NCBI RefSeq assembly: GCF_028368995.1
Contig: NZ_JAQNDL010000001.1
Location: forward strand, 3,616,001-3,680,000
Source of the DNA: Nannocystis bainbridge
Lineage (GTDB): Bacteria; Myxococcota_A; Polyangia; Nannocystales; Nannocystaceae
DNA: 64,000 nucleotides
Direction: 5' to 3'
Below the pieces are notes generated by a model. It was not told the DNA's origin. It was given only the letters and a program-made list of their open reading frames with translations, and ran no database searches. The position numbers and the translations under genes were made by a program. Of this stretch, positions 1-12,492 are shown piece after piece. Position 1 is the first letter of the stretch. The number at the start of each line of letters is the position of its first letter.

Positions 1-254
1 AGCTCGAGCTCGCGGATCGTCTCGCGGTGCTCGCGGACGGTGAGGTCGAGCTGCCGCGCGAACAGGTTGATCGTCTCCTCGAGCGCGCCGAAGCGGTCCG
101 GATGGACGAGCGGCAGCAGGTCGGTCGCGGGGTCGAATTCGTCGAGAGAGATCGAGGCGAGCAGGTCGTGGATCCGCTCGATCCGCGGGACCACGACCGC
201 GACCGCCTCGGGCGCAGGGTCAAGAGCGTCGTCGGTGATACGTCCTCCTGGCAT
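1..254 (-). CDS. Partial (runs off window) protein, possibly N-terminus of an RsbR-like STAS-domain protein
   Basis: Own translation from ATG at 254: MPGGRITDDALDPAPEAVAVVVPRIERIHDLLASISLDEFDP...FGALEETINLFARQLDLTVREHRETIRELE. High GC3 and a coiled-coil end like those preceding STAS domains in myxobacteria. The STAS call is inference. Confidence 0.5.
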   Translation of the reverse strand, partial: MPGGRITDDALDPAPEAVAVVVPRIERIHDLLASISLDEFDPATDLLPLVHPDRFGALEETINLFARQLDLTVREHRETIRELE

Positions 255-364
255 CGCTGCCGGGCCCGGGAGGATAACCGAGTCGCCGATCCACGAAACA
301 GGCATGCGAATGCAGCGATGGTGGCGGCCGGGCCGCGCGCCGGACGAGACCGCGCGAGACCTGG

Positions 365-1435
365 TCACATGGTGTCGGAGACGGTCTTCACTTCCGCGAG
401 CACCGCCGCCTGCTCGGCCAGCAGCCGCGCCTTGGCCTCGGCCGGCATGAAGCTGTGCTCGACGCTGTTGCGGGCCAGCGCGGCGATCTGCGCCGCGTCC
501 CACCCGAACGCGGCGGCGCAGCGGCGGTACTCCTCGGCGAGCGTGGTCGCGAACAGCGGCGGGTCGTCGCTGGCGAGCGAGACCTCGAGGCCCGCCGCCA
601 GCAGCTGCGGCAGCGGATGGTCGGCGAGCGCGGGGTACAGCCCGATCCCCAGGTTGCTCGTCGGACACACCTCGAGCGGGATCCGTCGCTCGCGCAGGTG
701 CTCCACCAGCGCCGGGTCGGCGAGGCAGCGGACCCCGTGGCCGATGCGTTCGGCGCCCAGCTCGCGCAGGGCGCTCCACACGCTCGAAGGCCCGTCGAGC
801 TCGCCCGCGTGGGGCAGCGAGCGCAGGCCCTCGGCGCGGGCTCTGGCGAACAGCGGCGCATACGGGGCCGTCGGCCATTGCGGCGACTCCGGGCCGGCGA
901 ACCCGAGGCCGATCACCCCGACCTCGCGGCCCTCGAGCGCCAGCGCCAGCGTCGGCGCGCCCTCGGCGAAGCGGTGGCGGACGATGTCGAACACCCACGC
1001 CAGCTCGACCCCGTGCTCGGCCCGGGCGCGCGCGCGGCCCTCGGCGAGCCCGGCCAGCAGCGTATCGCCGGCCACGCCGCGGTTCACGTGGGTCAGCGGC
1101 GTGAACGTGACCTCCGCGTAGCGCACGTTCTCGGCCGCCAGCTTGCGCGCCAGGTCGACGGCGATCGCCGCGAAGTCATCCACATCGGTGAGGCACGCCG
1201 AGATCGCGAGGTACATGCGCACGAACTCGCCGAAGTCCTTGAACACGTAGCTGCGGCGCAGGCCCTCCACCCCCGCATCGTCGCCGGGCAGCGCCTTGCC
1301 GTGCTTGCGCGCGAGCGCGAGCGCCAGCTCCGGCTCGACCGAGCCCTCGAGGTGCAGGTGCAATTCGGCCTTCGGCAAGCGCTCGATGAGTCGGGCGCGC
1401 AGCGGGTCGAGGCCTGGCGGGGACGCGGCGGACAT
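365..1435 (-). CDS. add: Adenosine/adenine deaminase
   Basis: LPKAELHLHLEGS, HAGE, RIGHG, LEVCPTSN and SDDP motifs of the ADA family. Confidence 0.92.
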   Translation of the reverse strand: MSAASPPGLDPLRARLIERLPKAELHLHLEGSVEPELALALARKHGKALPGDDAGVEGLRRSYVFKDFGEFVRMYLAISACLTDVDDFAAIAVDLARKLAAENVRYAEVTFTPLTHVNRGVAGDTLLAGLAEGRARARAEHGVELAWVFDIVRHRFAEGAPTLALALEGREVGVIGLGFAGPESPQWPTAPYAPLFARARAEGLRSLPHAGELDGPSSVWSALRELGAERIGHGVRCLADPALVEHLRERRIPLEVCPTSNLGIGLYPALADHPLPQLLAAGLEVSLASDDPPLFATTLAEEYRRCAAAFGWDAAQIAALARNSVEHSFMPAEAKARLLAEQAAVLAEVKTVSDTM

Positions 1436-1495
1436 CGGCCGACGCTAGCACGCGCTCGACAGCGCTTGCGACATCGCCTATTGCTCAGGCAGACG

Positions 1496-3154
1496 ATGCT
1501 GCGCCTGCGTCCATGGTTGTCGACCTCGCTGACGGCCGCGCTGATTGGCTGCGGCGACGGCGGCGCCGCCGTGACCGACGGCGCGGCGACCACGGGCACC
1601 AGCGGCGGGATCGACCTCACGGCCGCCACCACCGGCGACGGCCCCGCGCCGACCACCGGCGCCCCGACCGGCGACACCGACACCGACACCGACACCGGCG
1701 GCCCGGCGGCCCCGACCTTCTGCGCCCAGATCGACGTCTCGCTGGTGCTCCACCCGAGCGCCAAGATCTACGGCCTCGCCGATCAGGACGCGCTCGTCGA
1801 GCACTTCACAAACCTGGTCGAAGAGACAGGCGCGACCGTCCGCGTCCTGCCCAACGTCGGCACCGAGTTCATGGCCACCACCGACTGCTTGCTCGCCCAG
1901 GGCAACGCCGCGAGCGACCCGATCCTCGTGTTCGGCGCCGGCGGCGAGGTCACCCCCGGGGCCGCCGACGCGCTGCGCTGCACCCTCGATCGCTTCGACG
2001 TCTACGCGAGCGACTTCGACGTCGGCAACTTCATGTTCTCCGGCCTGATGTTCCCGGTGCTGCAGCGGCCCGACTGGCCGGCGCCCGGGGCCACCGGCCT
2101 GGCGATGCTGGTGGCCGCGACCGACGACAAGCAGGCCAACATGTACGCCCTGCCGGGCCAGGCCTCCGAGGCCTACCTGCGGCTGGTCGGCGACGGCGAT
2201 CGCCGGCGGGTCTCGGCCTTCACCTACGGCGACGGCGGGCTCGAGCTGCACATGTTCGCGCTGGCCGTCAGCGACAAGAGCCGCCACTACGAGAAGTCTT
2301 CCATCGCCTACGCCGCGGCGCTGGCCGAGTTCACCCCGCTGGCGGTGCGCACCTGCGAGGACTTCGACTACGAGGAGCCGCTGCCGGAGACCCCGCCGAG
2401 CGGCTGCAAGCGCATCGACGTGCTGTTCGCCATCGACGGCTCGGGCAGCATGGACGAGGAGCAGGACGCCCTGCGCGGCGCCGACGGCATGCCGCCGGTG
2501 CTGGCCGAGTTCACGGACGCGCTGCTGGGCGAGCTCACCGATGTCGAGGACTTCCACGTCGGCGTCGTCTCGAGCGAGCAGGGCTTCACCGCCCTGCACA
2601 CCCACCGCGACTACCCGATGACGCCCGAGGGCCCGGACACCGACTGCGGCCTGCCGCCCGGGCAGCGCTGGCTGGTCGGCCCCTCGCCGAGCTTCGCCGA
2701 CGAGTTCGCCTGCGTCGCCGCCACCCGCAGCGGCACCGAGGAGATGACCTACTACAACCTCGCCGCCGCCCTGCACGACCCGGCCAACGCCGGGTTCCTG
2801 CGCGACGACTCGCTGCTGTTCATCGTCATCCTCACCGACGAGGACACCTACGACTTCGTGCTCGACACCTCGGTCGCCATCCGCCAGCGCATCGTCGACG
2901 CCGTCGGCGGCGACCTCGATCGCCTGGTGGTGCTCGCCATCGCCGGCGGCCAGGGCGTGTTCGAGATGCCCGAGACCGTGTGCGAGGGCGTCTACGGCGG
3001 CGCCGCGCCCGGGCGCCGGATCCTCACGATCACCCGCGCCTTCCGCGAGCGCGGCCTGTTCCAAAACATCTGCCAGGGCGACCTCGCCGCCACCTTCGCC
3101 GGCGTGCTCGACGACGTCGTCTCGGCCTGCGCCCAGTTCAACCCCGTGCCCTGA
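1496..3154 (+). CDS. Lipoprotein with tandem vWA-like domains
   Basis: Start re-set to ATG 1496 (MLRLRPWL...LIGC lipobox). Thr/Gly/Asp linker, DVLFAIDGSGSM MIDAS motif, FLRDDSLLFIVILTDED. Confidence 0.8.
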   Translation: MLRLRPWLSTSLTAALIGCGDGGAAVTDGAATTGTSGGIDLTAATTGDGPAPTTGAPTGDTDTDTDTGGPAAPTFCAQIDVSLVLHPSAKIYGLADQDALVEHFTNLVEETGATVRVLPNVGTEFMATTDCLLAQGNAASDPILVFGAGGEVTPGAADALRCTLDRFDVYASDFDVGNFMFSGLMFPVLQRPDWPAPGATGLAMLVAATDDKQANMYALPGQASEAYLRLVGDGDRRRVSAFTYGDGGLELHMFALAVSDKSRHYEKSSIAYAAALAEFTPLAVRTCEDFDYEEPLPETPPSGCKRIDVLFAIDGSGSMDEEQDALRGADGMPPVLAEFTDALLGELTDVEDFHVGVVSSEQGFTALHTHRDYPMTPEGPDTDCGLPPGQRWLVGPSPSFADEFACVAATRSGTEEMTYYNLAAALHDPANAGFLRDDSLLFIVILTDEDTYDFVLDTSVAIRQRIVDAVGGDLDRLVVLAIAGGQGVFEMPETVCEGVYGGAAPGRRILTITRAFRERGLFQNICQGDLAATFAGVLDDVVSACAQFNPVP

Positions 3155-3220
3155 AAGCTGAAAACCGCAGAGCCGCCGTTCCGGCGACCCCGCGGTCGTG
3201 AATTGAGACCCCGAAGGCGG

Positions 3221-3248
3221 CGCCGGTGCTTCATGCGAAGCGCCGGCG
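3221..3248. terminator. Stem-loop between convergent vWA lipoprotein genes
   Basis: CGCCGGTGCTTC-ATGC-GAAGCGCCGGCG, 12-bp stem with one G-U pair and no U-tract. Confidence 0.45.
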
Positions 3249-3259
3249 GGCCGCGGCGG

Positions 3260-4552
3260 CTAGCCCGAGTTCGGGCAGCGGTACTGGGCGTCGAGCACGC
3301 CGCTCATCTGGAAGCCGGAGCAGGCGGCGCCGCACAGGATGATCTCGTTCATGTCCGGCGTCGTGAACATCCAGCCGTCCTCGCTGCCGTCGCAGGTCGT
3401 GACCTGGGTGTTGCCGTAGGCCGTGCCGTTGACGCTGACCTCGACGTAGTCGGGGTACTTCGGCACCGGGTCGAGGGTGATCGTGCAGCTCAGGATCTGC
3501 ATCGAGATCTCCTCGAGCGCCATCTGCAGCTCGACCTGGTTCTGCGTGTCGTAGAACTTGACGTCGCCATCGCGCGGACGGCCGCCGATGTCGGCCAGCT
3601 CGTTGAGCTTCTGGTAGGCGTTGGTGGCGTCCGGGTTGCCGTCGTTGGCCGTCGGGCTGGTCGTGTCGGCGATGGCGATGCCGACCACGTAGGTCGGGAT
3701 GCTGAGGTTGGTGAACGCGTCACCGACCACCATCGCCAGGTTCTCGTCGTACTGCTCGAACAGCTCCGAGTTGTTGGCCGCGTCCTCGCGACAGTTGGCC
3801 GCGCCGTCGGTGACGAGGATGATGAACTGCGGCTGACCGTCCTGGATGGTGCCGAGCTCGGAGAGCGCCGCCTTGACGCCCTTGGTCGCCGGCGTGCCGC
3901 CCTTGATGGTCGCGTCGGTCTCGTCGGCGCCGGGGATGGCGTTGAGGATCGCCTGGCCGTTCATCGGCGCGATCTCCACCTCGGGCGTCATGTTCACCGG
4001 GCAGGCCGTCGCGTTGTAGGCCGAGGCGGCCATCTTCGACGGGAACAGCACCGCGCCGAGGTTCATCGAGTTCTGGAAGGTCCCGGTGATGAAGTCGACC
4101 ACGCTGTAGAGCGACTTCCAGCGGGTGATCTTCGGGGTCGCCGCCGCCATCATGTTGGGGTCGGCGTCCTGGATGCCGTCGTCGTTGGCGTCGTCGCCGT
4201 CGTGGTCCCAGTAGCCCTTGTCGGGGGTGACCATCGAGCCCGACTTGTCGAGCACGAGCATGACGTTCGGCGTCACGACCGGGATCTCGACCACGGCCTC
4301 GCCGCAGTCGTTGGGGTCGAACGTGGTGTTGGCCGTGTCCGTGTCCGTGGTCGGGCCCAGGGTGCCGGTCGGCACCGTCTCGGTGGTCGACTCGGACGCC
4401 GAGGTCGTCGTGGTCGGCTCGCTGGTGGTGCCCGGCAGCGTCAGGATGCCCGTCATCGAGTTGGTGCTGGCCGTGGTGTCCACTTGCTTGCCATCGTCGC
4501 CGCAGCCGACCAGGCCGACAGCCACGAGGCTGGAAATCAACGCGCGCTTCAT
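3260..4552 (-). CDS. vWA-domain lipoprotein (CglB-like family)
   Basis: Start ATG 4552 (MKRALISSLVAVGLVGC lipobox). Thr-rich linker, LVLDKSGSM MIDAS, GGTPAT, ILVTDGAANC. Confidence 0.82.
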   Translation of the reverse strand: MKRALISSLVAVGLVGCGDDGKQVDTTASTNSMTGILTLPGTTSEPTTTTSASESTTETVPTGTLGPTTDTDTANTTFDPNDCGEAVVEIPVVTPNVMLVLDKSGSMVTPDKGYWDHDGDDANDDGIQDADPNMMAAATPKITRWKSLYSVVDFITGTFQNSMNLGAVLFPSKMAASAYNATACPVNMTPEVEIAPMNGQAILNAIPGADETDATIKGGTPATKGVKAALSELGTIQDGQPQFIILVTDGAANCREDAANNSELFEQYDENLAMVVGDAFTNLSIPTYVVGIAIADTTSPTANDGNPDATNAYQKLNELADIGGRPRDGDVKFYDTQNQVELQMALEEISMQILSCTITLDPVPKYPDYVEVSVNGTAYGNTQVTTCDGSEDGWMFTTPDMNEIILCGAACSGFQMSGVLDAQYRCPNSG

Positions 4553-4852
4553 AAGCGGAAGGTTCCTTCGAGAGTTGGGTGAAGTTGAGAGTCGAGGACG
4601 GGGGCCCGTCGAGTTGGACACCGAAGCACGGGCCGTGTCCGGGCGTCCGCGGCGGTCACTATACCGATCACGCCGGCCCGTCGCAGCTTTCCGGCGAAGA
4701 GCAGATCTGCGCGGCGCGGCCTGCGAACGTCGGCTCCGCCCCGATAGCGACCGCATCCGGTCGCGCGGTCGCTGCCTTACACGCCCGGGCGCGCCTGCGT
4801 CACGGCGCTGCAACGCTCCGGCCGCGCAATCCTTCGCGCAGCGCGAGCGGCC

Positions 4853-5323
4853 TCAAAAGCGGAAGCCGAACGAAAGTCCGCGCACCTCTCGGGACATCAT
4901 CGGCGCGAGCGCCATGCCGTGGTCCCGCAGCCAGCGATGGTGCCGAGCCCGCTGGCTCATGCCCCACGCGAGGAACACCGCGCCGGTGACGGCCATGAGG
5001 CCGCCCATGCCGACGCCGACGAGCCCGTAGATCTGCAGGCCGCGGCAGGTCTGGTCGGTCGCGTTGGCGCCGTAGATGCGGTTGCAGTACTGCGGCGAGG
5101 CCATCGCGAACATCGCCACGCCGAGGCCGGTCCGGAGCAGACCGAGCGGCAGGATGACCGTGCCCGTCACGACCTTCTCGTGGCCGTCGACTGGTTCGCG
5201 CTCGCGATTCTCGCCGAAGGCGTAATAACCGCCGATCGCTTCGGGATCGCTCGGGGGTGGCGGGGGCGCCGCCAGCGCGAGCGCGGTCGCGAGCGCGACG
5301 ATGCCGGACGTCATCGCCATCAT
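4853..5323 (-). CDS. Small membrane/exported hypothetical protein
   Basis: ATG overlaps the upstream stop (ATGA at 5320-5323). Signal-like N-terminus, two hydrophobic segments, C-terminal LSFGFRF. Confidence 0.7.
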   Translation of the reverse strand: MMAMTSGIVALATALALAAPPPPPSDPEAIGGYYAFGENREREPVDGHEKVVTGTVILPLGLLRTGLGVAMFAMASPQYCNRIYGANATDQTCRGLQIYGLVGVGMGGLMAVTGAVFLAWGMSQRARHHRWLRDHGMALAPMMSREVRGLSFGFRF

Positions 5324-6516
5324 GTCCCTCCAGACAGCTCGGTGAAGCGCCGCACCTGGCGCTTGTAAAACGCCGACTCGGGCTCGAGCCGGGCGGCCTC
5401 GCGGATCGCCGCGAGCGCCTCGGCGCCGCGCCCGAGCTGGTGCTGCAGCTCGGCCCGCAAGTAGTGGAGCTCCGCAGCGTCGGGCTGCTTGGCGACCGCG
5501 GCATCGACCGCTTCGAGCGCCGGCGCCTGACCGCAGCGCTCGCGGAAGGCGAACCACCCGAACGCGCTCTTGAGGTCGACGTCGTTCTGGTCGCTCGCCA
5601 CCATCGCTTGCAGGCTGGCGATCGCCTCGTCGTCGCGCCCGAGCTTGTGCAGCTCGCGGCCGATCGCGCGGAAGGCCGGGATGGTCTCCTTGGCCGCGGG
5701 GAACTTCTGCTGCAGCTCCTTGTAGAGCGCGATCGCCCGCTCGGAGTCGCGGTCGAGCTTCGCCACCAAAAAGGCCGCGCGGTCGCGCATCGCCTTGGCC
5801 GCGAGGCCCTTGGCGTTGTCGGGGTCGCCCGCGATCACGCGCTCGAACGCCGCCTCGGCCTCGGCGCGGCGGGCCGCCAGCGCGTACGCGACCCCGAGCT
5901 CGTAGCGCGCCTGCAGGTCGTCCGGCGCGGCCGCGACCTTTTGCTCGAGCTCGGCGAGCACGTTGCCGCCTGCGGCGATCTTGGTGAGCGCGGCGAGCAG
6001 CGCCGGCGGCTCCATCGCGTCGACCAGGCGGCCCTTCTCGACCCCGTCGGCGTCGAGCACCAGCAGCGTCGGGTAGGCCTGCACCTTGTAGCGCGCCACC
6101 AGCTCGGGCCCCTCGCCCTTCTCGGCGTCGACGTGCAGCGCGACGTAGTCGGCCAGCGCCGCGCCGACGTCGGGCCGCGTGAACACCTTCTCGTCGAGCT
6201 CGCGGCAGGGCGGGCACCAGTACGCGCCGACGTCGACGAACACCAGCTTGCCCGCCGCCTTCGCCGCGGCGAGCGCCGCCTCGAGATCGCCCTCGATCCA
6301 CTTCACCGCCGACACGATCTCACCGTCGCTCTGCACCCCCGGCCCCGCGCCCGCTGGCGGGTTCACCGCTTCGGGCGCCGGCGCGGCCTTCGGCGCGACC
6401 TCGGGCGCATCGGCCTTCGGCCCCGGCGCGGTGCAGGAGCTCATGAGCATCGCGCCCACCAACGGAGCCGACAGCGCGGCGAGGAACGGGCGGACGACGG
6501 CACGAGCGCGAACCAT
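5320..6516 (-). CDS. Thioredoxin-fold (WCPPC) plus TPR lipoprotein
   Basis: VFVDVGAYWCPPC, YPTLLVL, followed by TPR-like helices. Possible lipobox MSSC. Start uncertain. Confidence 0.82.
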   Translation of the reverse strand: MVRARAVVRPFLAALSAPLVGAMLMSSCTAPGPKADAPEVAPKAAPAPEAVNPPAGAGPGVQSDGEIVSAVKWIEGDLEAALAAAKAAGKLVFVDVGAYWCPPCRELDEKVFTRPDVGAALADYVALHVDAEKGEGPELVARYKVQAYPTLLVLDADGVEKGRLVDAMEPPALLAALTKIAAGGNVLAELEQKVAAAPDDLQARYELGVAYALAARRAEAEAAFERVIAGDPDNAKGLAAKAMRDRAAFLVAKLDRDSERAIALYKELQQKFPAAKETIPAFRAIGRELHKLGRDDEAIASLQAMVASDQNDVDLKSAFGWFAFRERCGQAPALEAVDAAVAKQPDAAELHYLRAELQHQLGRGAEALAAIREAARLEPESAFYKRQVRRFTELSGGT

Positions 6517-6736
6517 GGCTCGCTTGAAGCTGCCCGGGAACCTCGCCGGCCGCAACTGCCACCCCGCGCGCAAAGCCCAAAAGCTTGCGGCCAGCCATGG
6601 CCTCGCGCAAGTGCGGCCGGCGCGTGAGGTCTCGAGACGCCCGCGCAGTTCGACCACCGCGTTGCCATTTTGACACGCGAGCCCAGGCTAGCGCTGTCCT
6701 TCAAGTCTTTTTGTCGACGCCCGCCCGAGGAACCCC

Positions 6737-9355
<2,619 letters not shown>

Positions 9356-9357
9356 CT

Positions 9358-9385
9358 TGTCCTTGAGGACATGTCCTGAGAGACA
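9358..9385. repeat. TGTC-N6-GACA tandem pair immediately after the clpB stop
   Basis: TGTCCTTGAGGACA followed by TGTCCTGAGAGACA. Confidence 0.9.
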
Positions 9386-9557
9386 TGCTTCGCCCCGGCC
9401 GCGCGCGGCCGGGGCGACGCTCGTCCACCCGGGCCCGCGGGTCACCCTTCGTGCGGCCCGATCTCTTTCGCCCGCGACACGAAGATCGCGCCTTCGATCT
9501 TGACTCACGGCGGCTCGCGCGTCGGTCGCGTGCACCGCGGCCGGCGTCCGCCGTAGA

Positions 9558-10622
9558 GTGCCCGTCGTGGCCCTGCCCACACCGCCGCGGCGTCGCGCCC
9601 TCCTGTGGGCCGTCTCGTGCGTCGGCGCCGTCGTCCTCCTGTGGCTCGCCTCGCGCACGGTCCCGCTGTGGCCGGACGTCCTGCACCTCCCGCGGCCGGG
9701 GCTGCTGGCCCTCGCGGCCGCGCTGCACCTCCCCTACAGCCTGCTCCGCGCCGTGCGCCTGCGCTGGGCCTTGCCGCCTGGCGTCCCTGTCTCCCGGGAC
9801 CTGCTCGTCGGCAGCGGCCTCGTGTCCTTCCTCGTCATCTTGTTGCTGCCGCTGCGGCTCGGCGAGCTGTCGCGCCCGCTGCTGCTCGCCCGCGCCGGCG
9901 TCCCTGGCCTCGGCCTGCCCGAGGCGATCGCCGCCATCGCCAGCGAGCGCCTGCTCGACGGCCTCCTCGTCGTCGGCATGCTGTTCCTCGGCCTCGGCCT
10001 CTCGACCGCCTTCAGCCCCGAGTTCGCCGCCCTCGTCGGCTCGGTCGAGCGGTTCGGCCTCGCCTCCGGCGTCGTCTTCGCCGGCTTGATGCTCGCGCTC
10101 GGCCTCCTCGCCTTCACCCCCCCGCGCCACCACGAGCGCCTCGGCGGCCTCGTGCGGCCCGTCCTCGGCGCCCGCCTCGGCGAGTTCGTGTTCCACCTCG
10201 CCGCCGCCTTGCGGCCGATCTTCACCAGCGCTCGCGGCCTGTTCCTGCTCGCCGCCTCGCTCGTCTACTGGGCGGTCACCCTCCTGCAGTTGTGGCTGGT
10301 GCTCCGGGCCTGCGGCATCGATCTCGGGGCCGGCGAGGCCGCCGTGATCGTCGCCATCGTCGGCCTCAGCATCCAGCTGCCCGGCGGACCGGCCCAGGTC
10401 GGCAGCTTTCAGTTCGGCGCCGCCCTGGCCTTGCAGCTCTTCATCGGCCCGGCCGATTTCGCCGGGCCCGGCGCCAGCTTCGGCGCCCTCATGTACCTGC
10501 TCGGCCTCCTCGGCGCCCTCCTGCTCGCCCTCCCCGGCCTCGCGCTCCTCGGCCGCGACCGGCGCCGGAGGCCGACCGATCCCTCGCCGGGCGGCCCTTC
10601 CGAACCCGGTCCGATCGCCTGA
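9558..10622 (+). CDS. Lysylphosphatidylglycerol synthase TM / flippase-like membrane protein
   Basis: LRAVRLRW, LLPLRLGELSRP, SERLLDG and PGGPAQVG motifs; multiple TM segments. Confidence 0.82.
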   Translation: MPVVALPTPPRRRALLWAVSCVGAVVLLWLASRTVPLWPDVLHLPRPGLLALAAALHLPYSLLRAVRLRWALPPGVPVSRDLLVGSGLVSFLVILLLPLRLGELSRPLLLARAGVPGLGLPEAIAAIASERLLDGLLVVGMLFLGLGLSTAFSPEFAALVGSVERFGLASGVVFAGLMLALGLLAFTPPRHHERLGGLVRPVLGARLGEFVFHLAAALRPIFTSARGLFLLAASLVYWAVTLLQLWLVLRACGIDLGAGEAAVIVAIVGLSIQLPGGPAQVGSFQFGAALALQLFIGPADFAGPGASFGALMYLLGLLGALLLALPGLALLGRDRRRRPTDPSPGGPSEPGPIA

Positions 10623-10774
10623 CCCTCCGGTAATTCTCCCGCGGCCGGCCCCTCCGGGGGCTTTCGTGCCGCGGCGTCGGCTTTGGCCCCCGCGCCTGGC
10701 CGTTGCTGGACGGCCGCTCCCGCGGGTATGCTCCGCCGGCGCGGCGCCGCCCTGTGCGCCGCGCTGGAGAGTTC

Positions 10775-12289
10775 ATGTCGCGCGACCTTCGTACGCTTCG
10801 CCAGTTGTTCCGCCCCGGTCTCTTGGGCCTGTTCGCCCTGACCCTCACCACCGCGGCGTGCGGCAAGAAGGGCGACACCACCGCTCCTGGCGAGAAGGGC
10901 ATGTCGGTCGAAGAGGCCGACCGCAAGCGGGCCGACGCGCAGAAGGCCGCCAAGGCCGACACGCTGGTCGCGCTGGCCAACAAGGACCTCGCCAGCGGTC
11001 GTTGGTCCTCGGCGCGCGAGCGGGCCAAGCGGGCGCTCGAGTCCGAGTCGAAGAACGCCGACGCCTACGCGGTGCTCGGGGCGGCCAGCTGGCGCGCGGG
11101 TGACTACGCCGGCTCGACCAAGGCCTTCAAGGAGGCGCTCGAGCTCGACCGCAAGAACTTCGGCGCCGCCGTCGGCCTCGGCCGCAACTACCAGGCCGTC
11201 GGCGACCACAAGGCCGCGATCGAGCTGCAGGACACGATCCTCGCCGCCGACCAGAACCAGATCGACCCGCTGCTGATCAAGCTGTGGAGCTACTACGCCC
11301 AGCTCGACGCCGTCAACGCGGTCAAGACCCTCGACGCGGTCTTCAAGCTGATCGAGCCCGACAACCCGCTGCTGCCGCTGCTGCAGAGCCACGCCGCCTT
11401 CATGCGCCCGCTCGAGGGCAAGGGAGAGCTGGCCAAGGTCGACGGCGCCAAGGGCAGCTCCGACCTGCAGCTCGACCCGACCCAGGGCCTCAAGCACGCC
11501 GGCGCCACCGTCGGCAGCGAGTACACCCGCGTGCTCCTGCTCGAGCTGCGCGAGGAGGCCCGGATCCACAAGGCCTTCGCCGACCAGCTCAAGCTGAAGG
11601 AGGTCGCCAAGATCAAGACCTTCGGCAGCGACACCGAGACGAGCATCGTCATCATCCCCGAGGTCAAGTTCGGCGACCTCAAGATCACCAACATCCCGGC
11701 GATCGTCGACGACCTCTCGACCTTCGGCCTCGGCGAGACGCCCGGCGTCCTGCTCGGCCGCCAGGTCATGAGCAAGATCGGCGCGATCACCTTCGACTTC
11801 CCCAACGCCTCGCTCGAGCTGCAGAGCGCCGCGCCGACCGCCGCGCCCGCGGGCGCCACCGCGTCGCAGCTGCTCCTGCTCGACCTCCACCTGTTCCTCG
11901 TGCCCACCGTGCCCGTCACGCTCGAGGGCTCCGACGCCCAGTTCTACGCCTGGCTCGGCGGCTCCTACGGCACGGCCCTCACCGTCGCCAAGAAGAACTT
12001 CCTCAAGAGCGGCCACCTGCCGCGCGAGCTCGACCCGCTCGACGACCCCAACTCCGGCCTCAAGATGGTCTACATCGACCAGGCCAAGGTCGGTGAGCTC
12101 GGCGTCAAGGGCGTCGGCGGCCTCGTCCTCGCCAACACCCCGCCCGACGGCGGCCTCGCCCAGGTCGTCGAGCTCGGCGGCTTCGAGCTCGGCGGCTACG
12201 TCAACGTGCCGCTGCTCAAGAGCATGAAGGTCACCTACGCCCTGTCGCAGGGCCAGGTGTTCTTCGCCCCGAAGACCGCCGGCAAGTGA
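10775..12289 (+). CDS. TPR lipoprotein with two retropepsin (aspartyl protease)-like domains, catalytic motifs degenerate
   Basis: ATG 10775 after GGAGA RBS, lipobox TAAC, TPRs, then GVLLGRQVMSKIGAITFDF and GGYVNVPLLKSMKVTY retropepsin-type C-terminal motifs. Confidence 0.7.
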   Translation: MSRDLRTLRQLFRPGLLGLFALTLTTAACGKKGDTTAPGEKGMSVEEADRKRADAQKAAKADTLVALANKDLASGRWSSARERAKRALESESKNADAYAVLGAASWRAGDYAGSTKAFKEALELDRKNFGAAVGLGRNYQAVGDHKAAIELQDTILAADQNQIDPLLIKLWSYYAQLDAVNAVKTLDAVFKLIEPDNPLLPLLQSHAAFMRPLEGKGELAKVDGAKGSSDLQLDPTQGLKHAGATVGSEYTRVLLLELREEARIHKAFADQLKLKEVAKIKTFGSDTETSIVIIPEVKFGDLKITNIPAIVDDLSTFGLGETPGVLLGRQVMSKIGAITFDFPNASLELQSAAPTAAPAGATASQLLLLDLHLFLVPTVPVTLEGSDAQFYAWLGGSYGTALTVAKKNFLKSGHLPRELDPLDDPNSGLKMVYIDQAKVGELGVKGVGGLVLANTPPDGGLAQVVELGGFELGGYVNVPLLKSMKVTYALSQGQVFFAPKTAGK

Positions 12290-12316
12290 CCCGCGGCGAC
12301 GACCGTCGCCCGCACC

Positions 12317-12360
12317 CAGGAACGACTCCGCGGCCCGCCGCGGGGTCGTTCCTGCTTTCT
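12317..12360 (+). terminator. Rho-independent terminator
   Basis: CAGGAACGACTCCGCGG-CCCG-CCGCGGGGTCGTTCCTG followed by CTTTCT, 28 bp after the stop. Confidence 0.7.
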
Positions 12361-12463
12361 CCGTCGCTCGCCGAGCCGTCGCTCGCCGAGCCGTCACTCG
12401 CCGAGGTGTCGCCCGCCGAGCCGTCACTCGCCGAGCCGTCGCTCGCCGAGCCGTCGCTCGCCG
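12361..12463. repeat. 15-bp tandem repeat (CCGTCRCTCGCCGAG) x7
   Basis: Seven units read directly; unit 4 is the variant GTGTCGCCCGCCGAG and unit 7 is truncated. Confidence 0.92.
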
Positions 12464-12492
12464 GCTCGCACCTCGCCGCTTCACTGCCTCGG

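Noticed and set aside
455-1495. N-terminal extensions of track ORFs (455-3154, 50370-53075, 42788-44677, 27653-29137)
   Set aside because: They overlap other genes or intergenic DNA. Signal peptides and RBSs support the later starts used here.
6600-6736. CIRCE/HAIR heat-shock operator upstream of clpB
   Set aside because: No TTAGCACTC-N9-GAGTGCTAA or CTTGAGT-N7-ACTCAAG was found. There is only a TTGACA at 6670 without a clear -10.
9358-9385. Motif as a known operator (CRP/FNR, MrpC, LexA, parS)
   Set aside because: Arm sequence or spacing differ (CRP TGTGA-N6-TCACA, MrpC TGTY-N8-RAC, parS 16 bp), and the location at 3' ends and inside CDSs is unlike a promoter operator.
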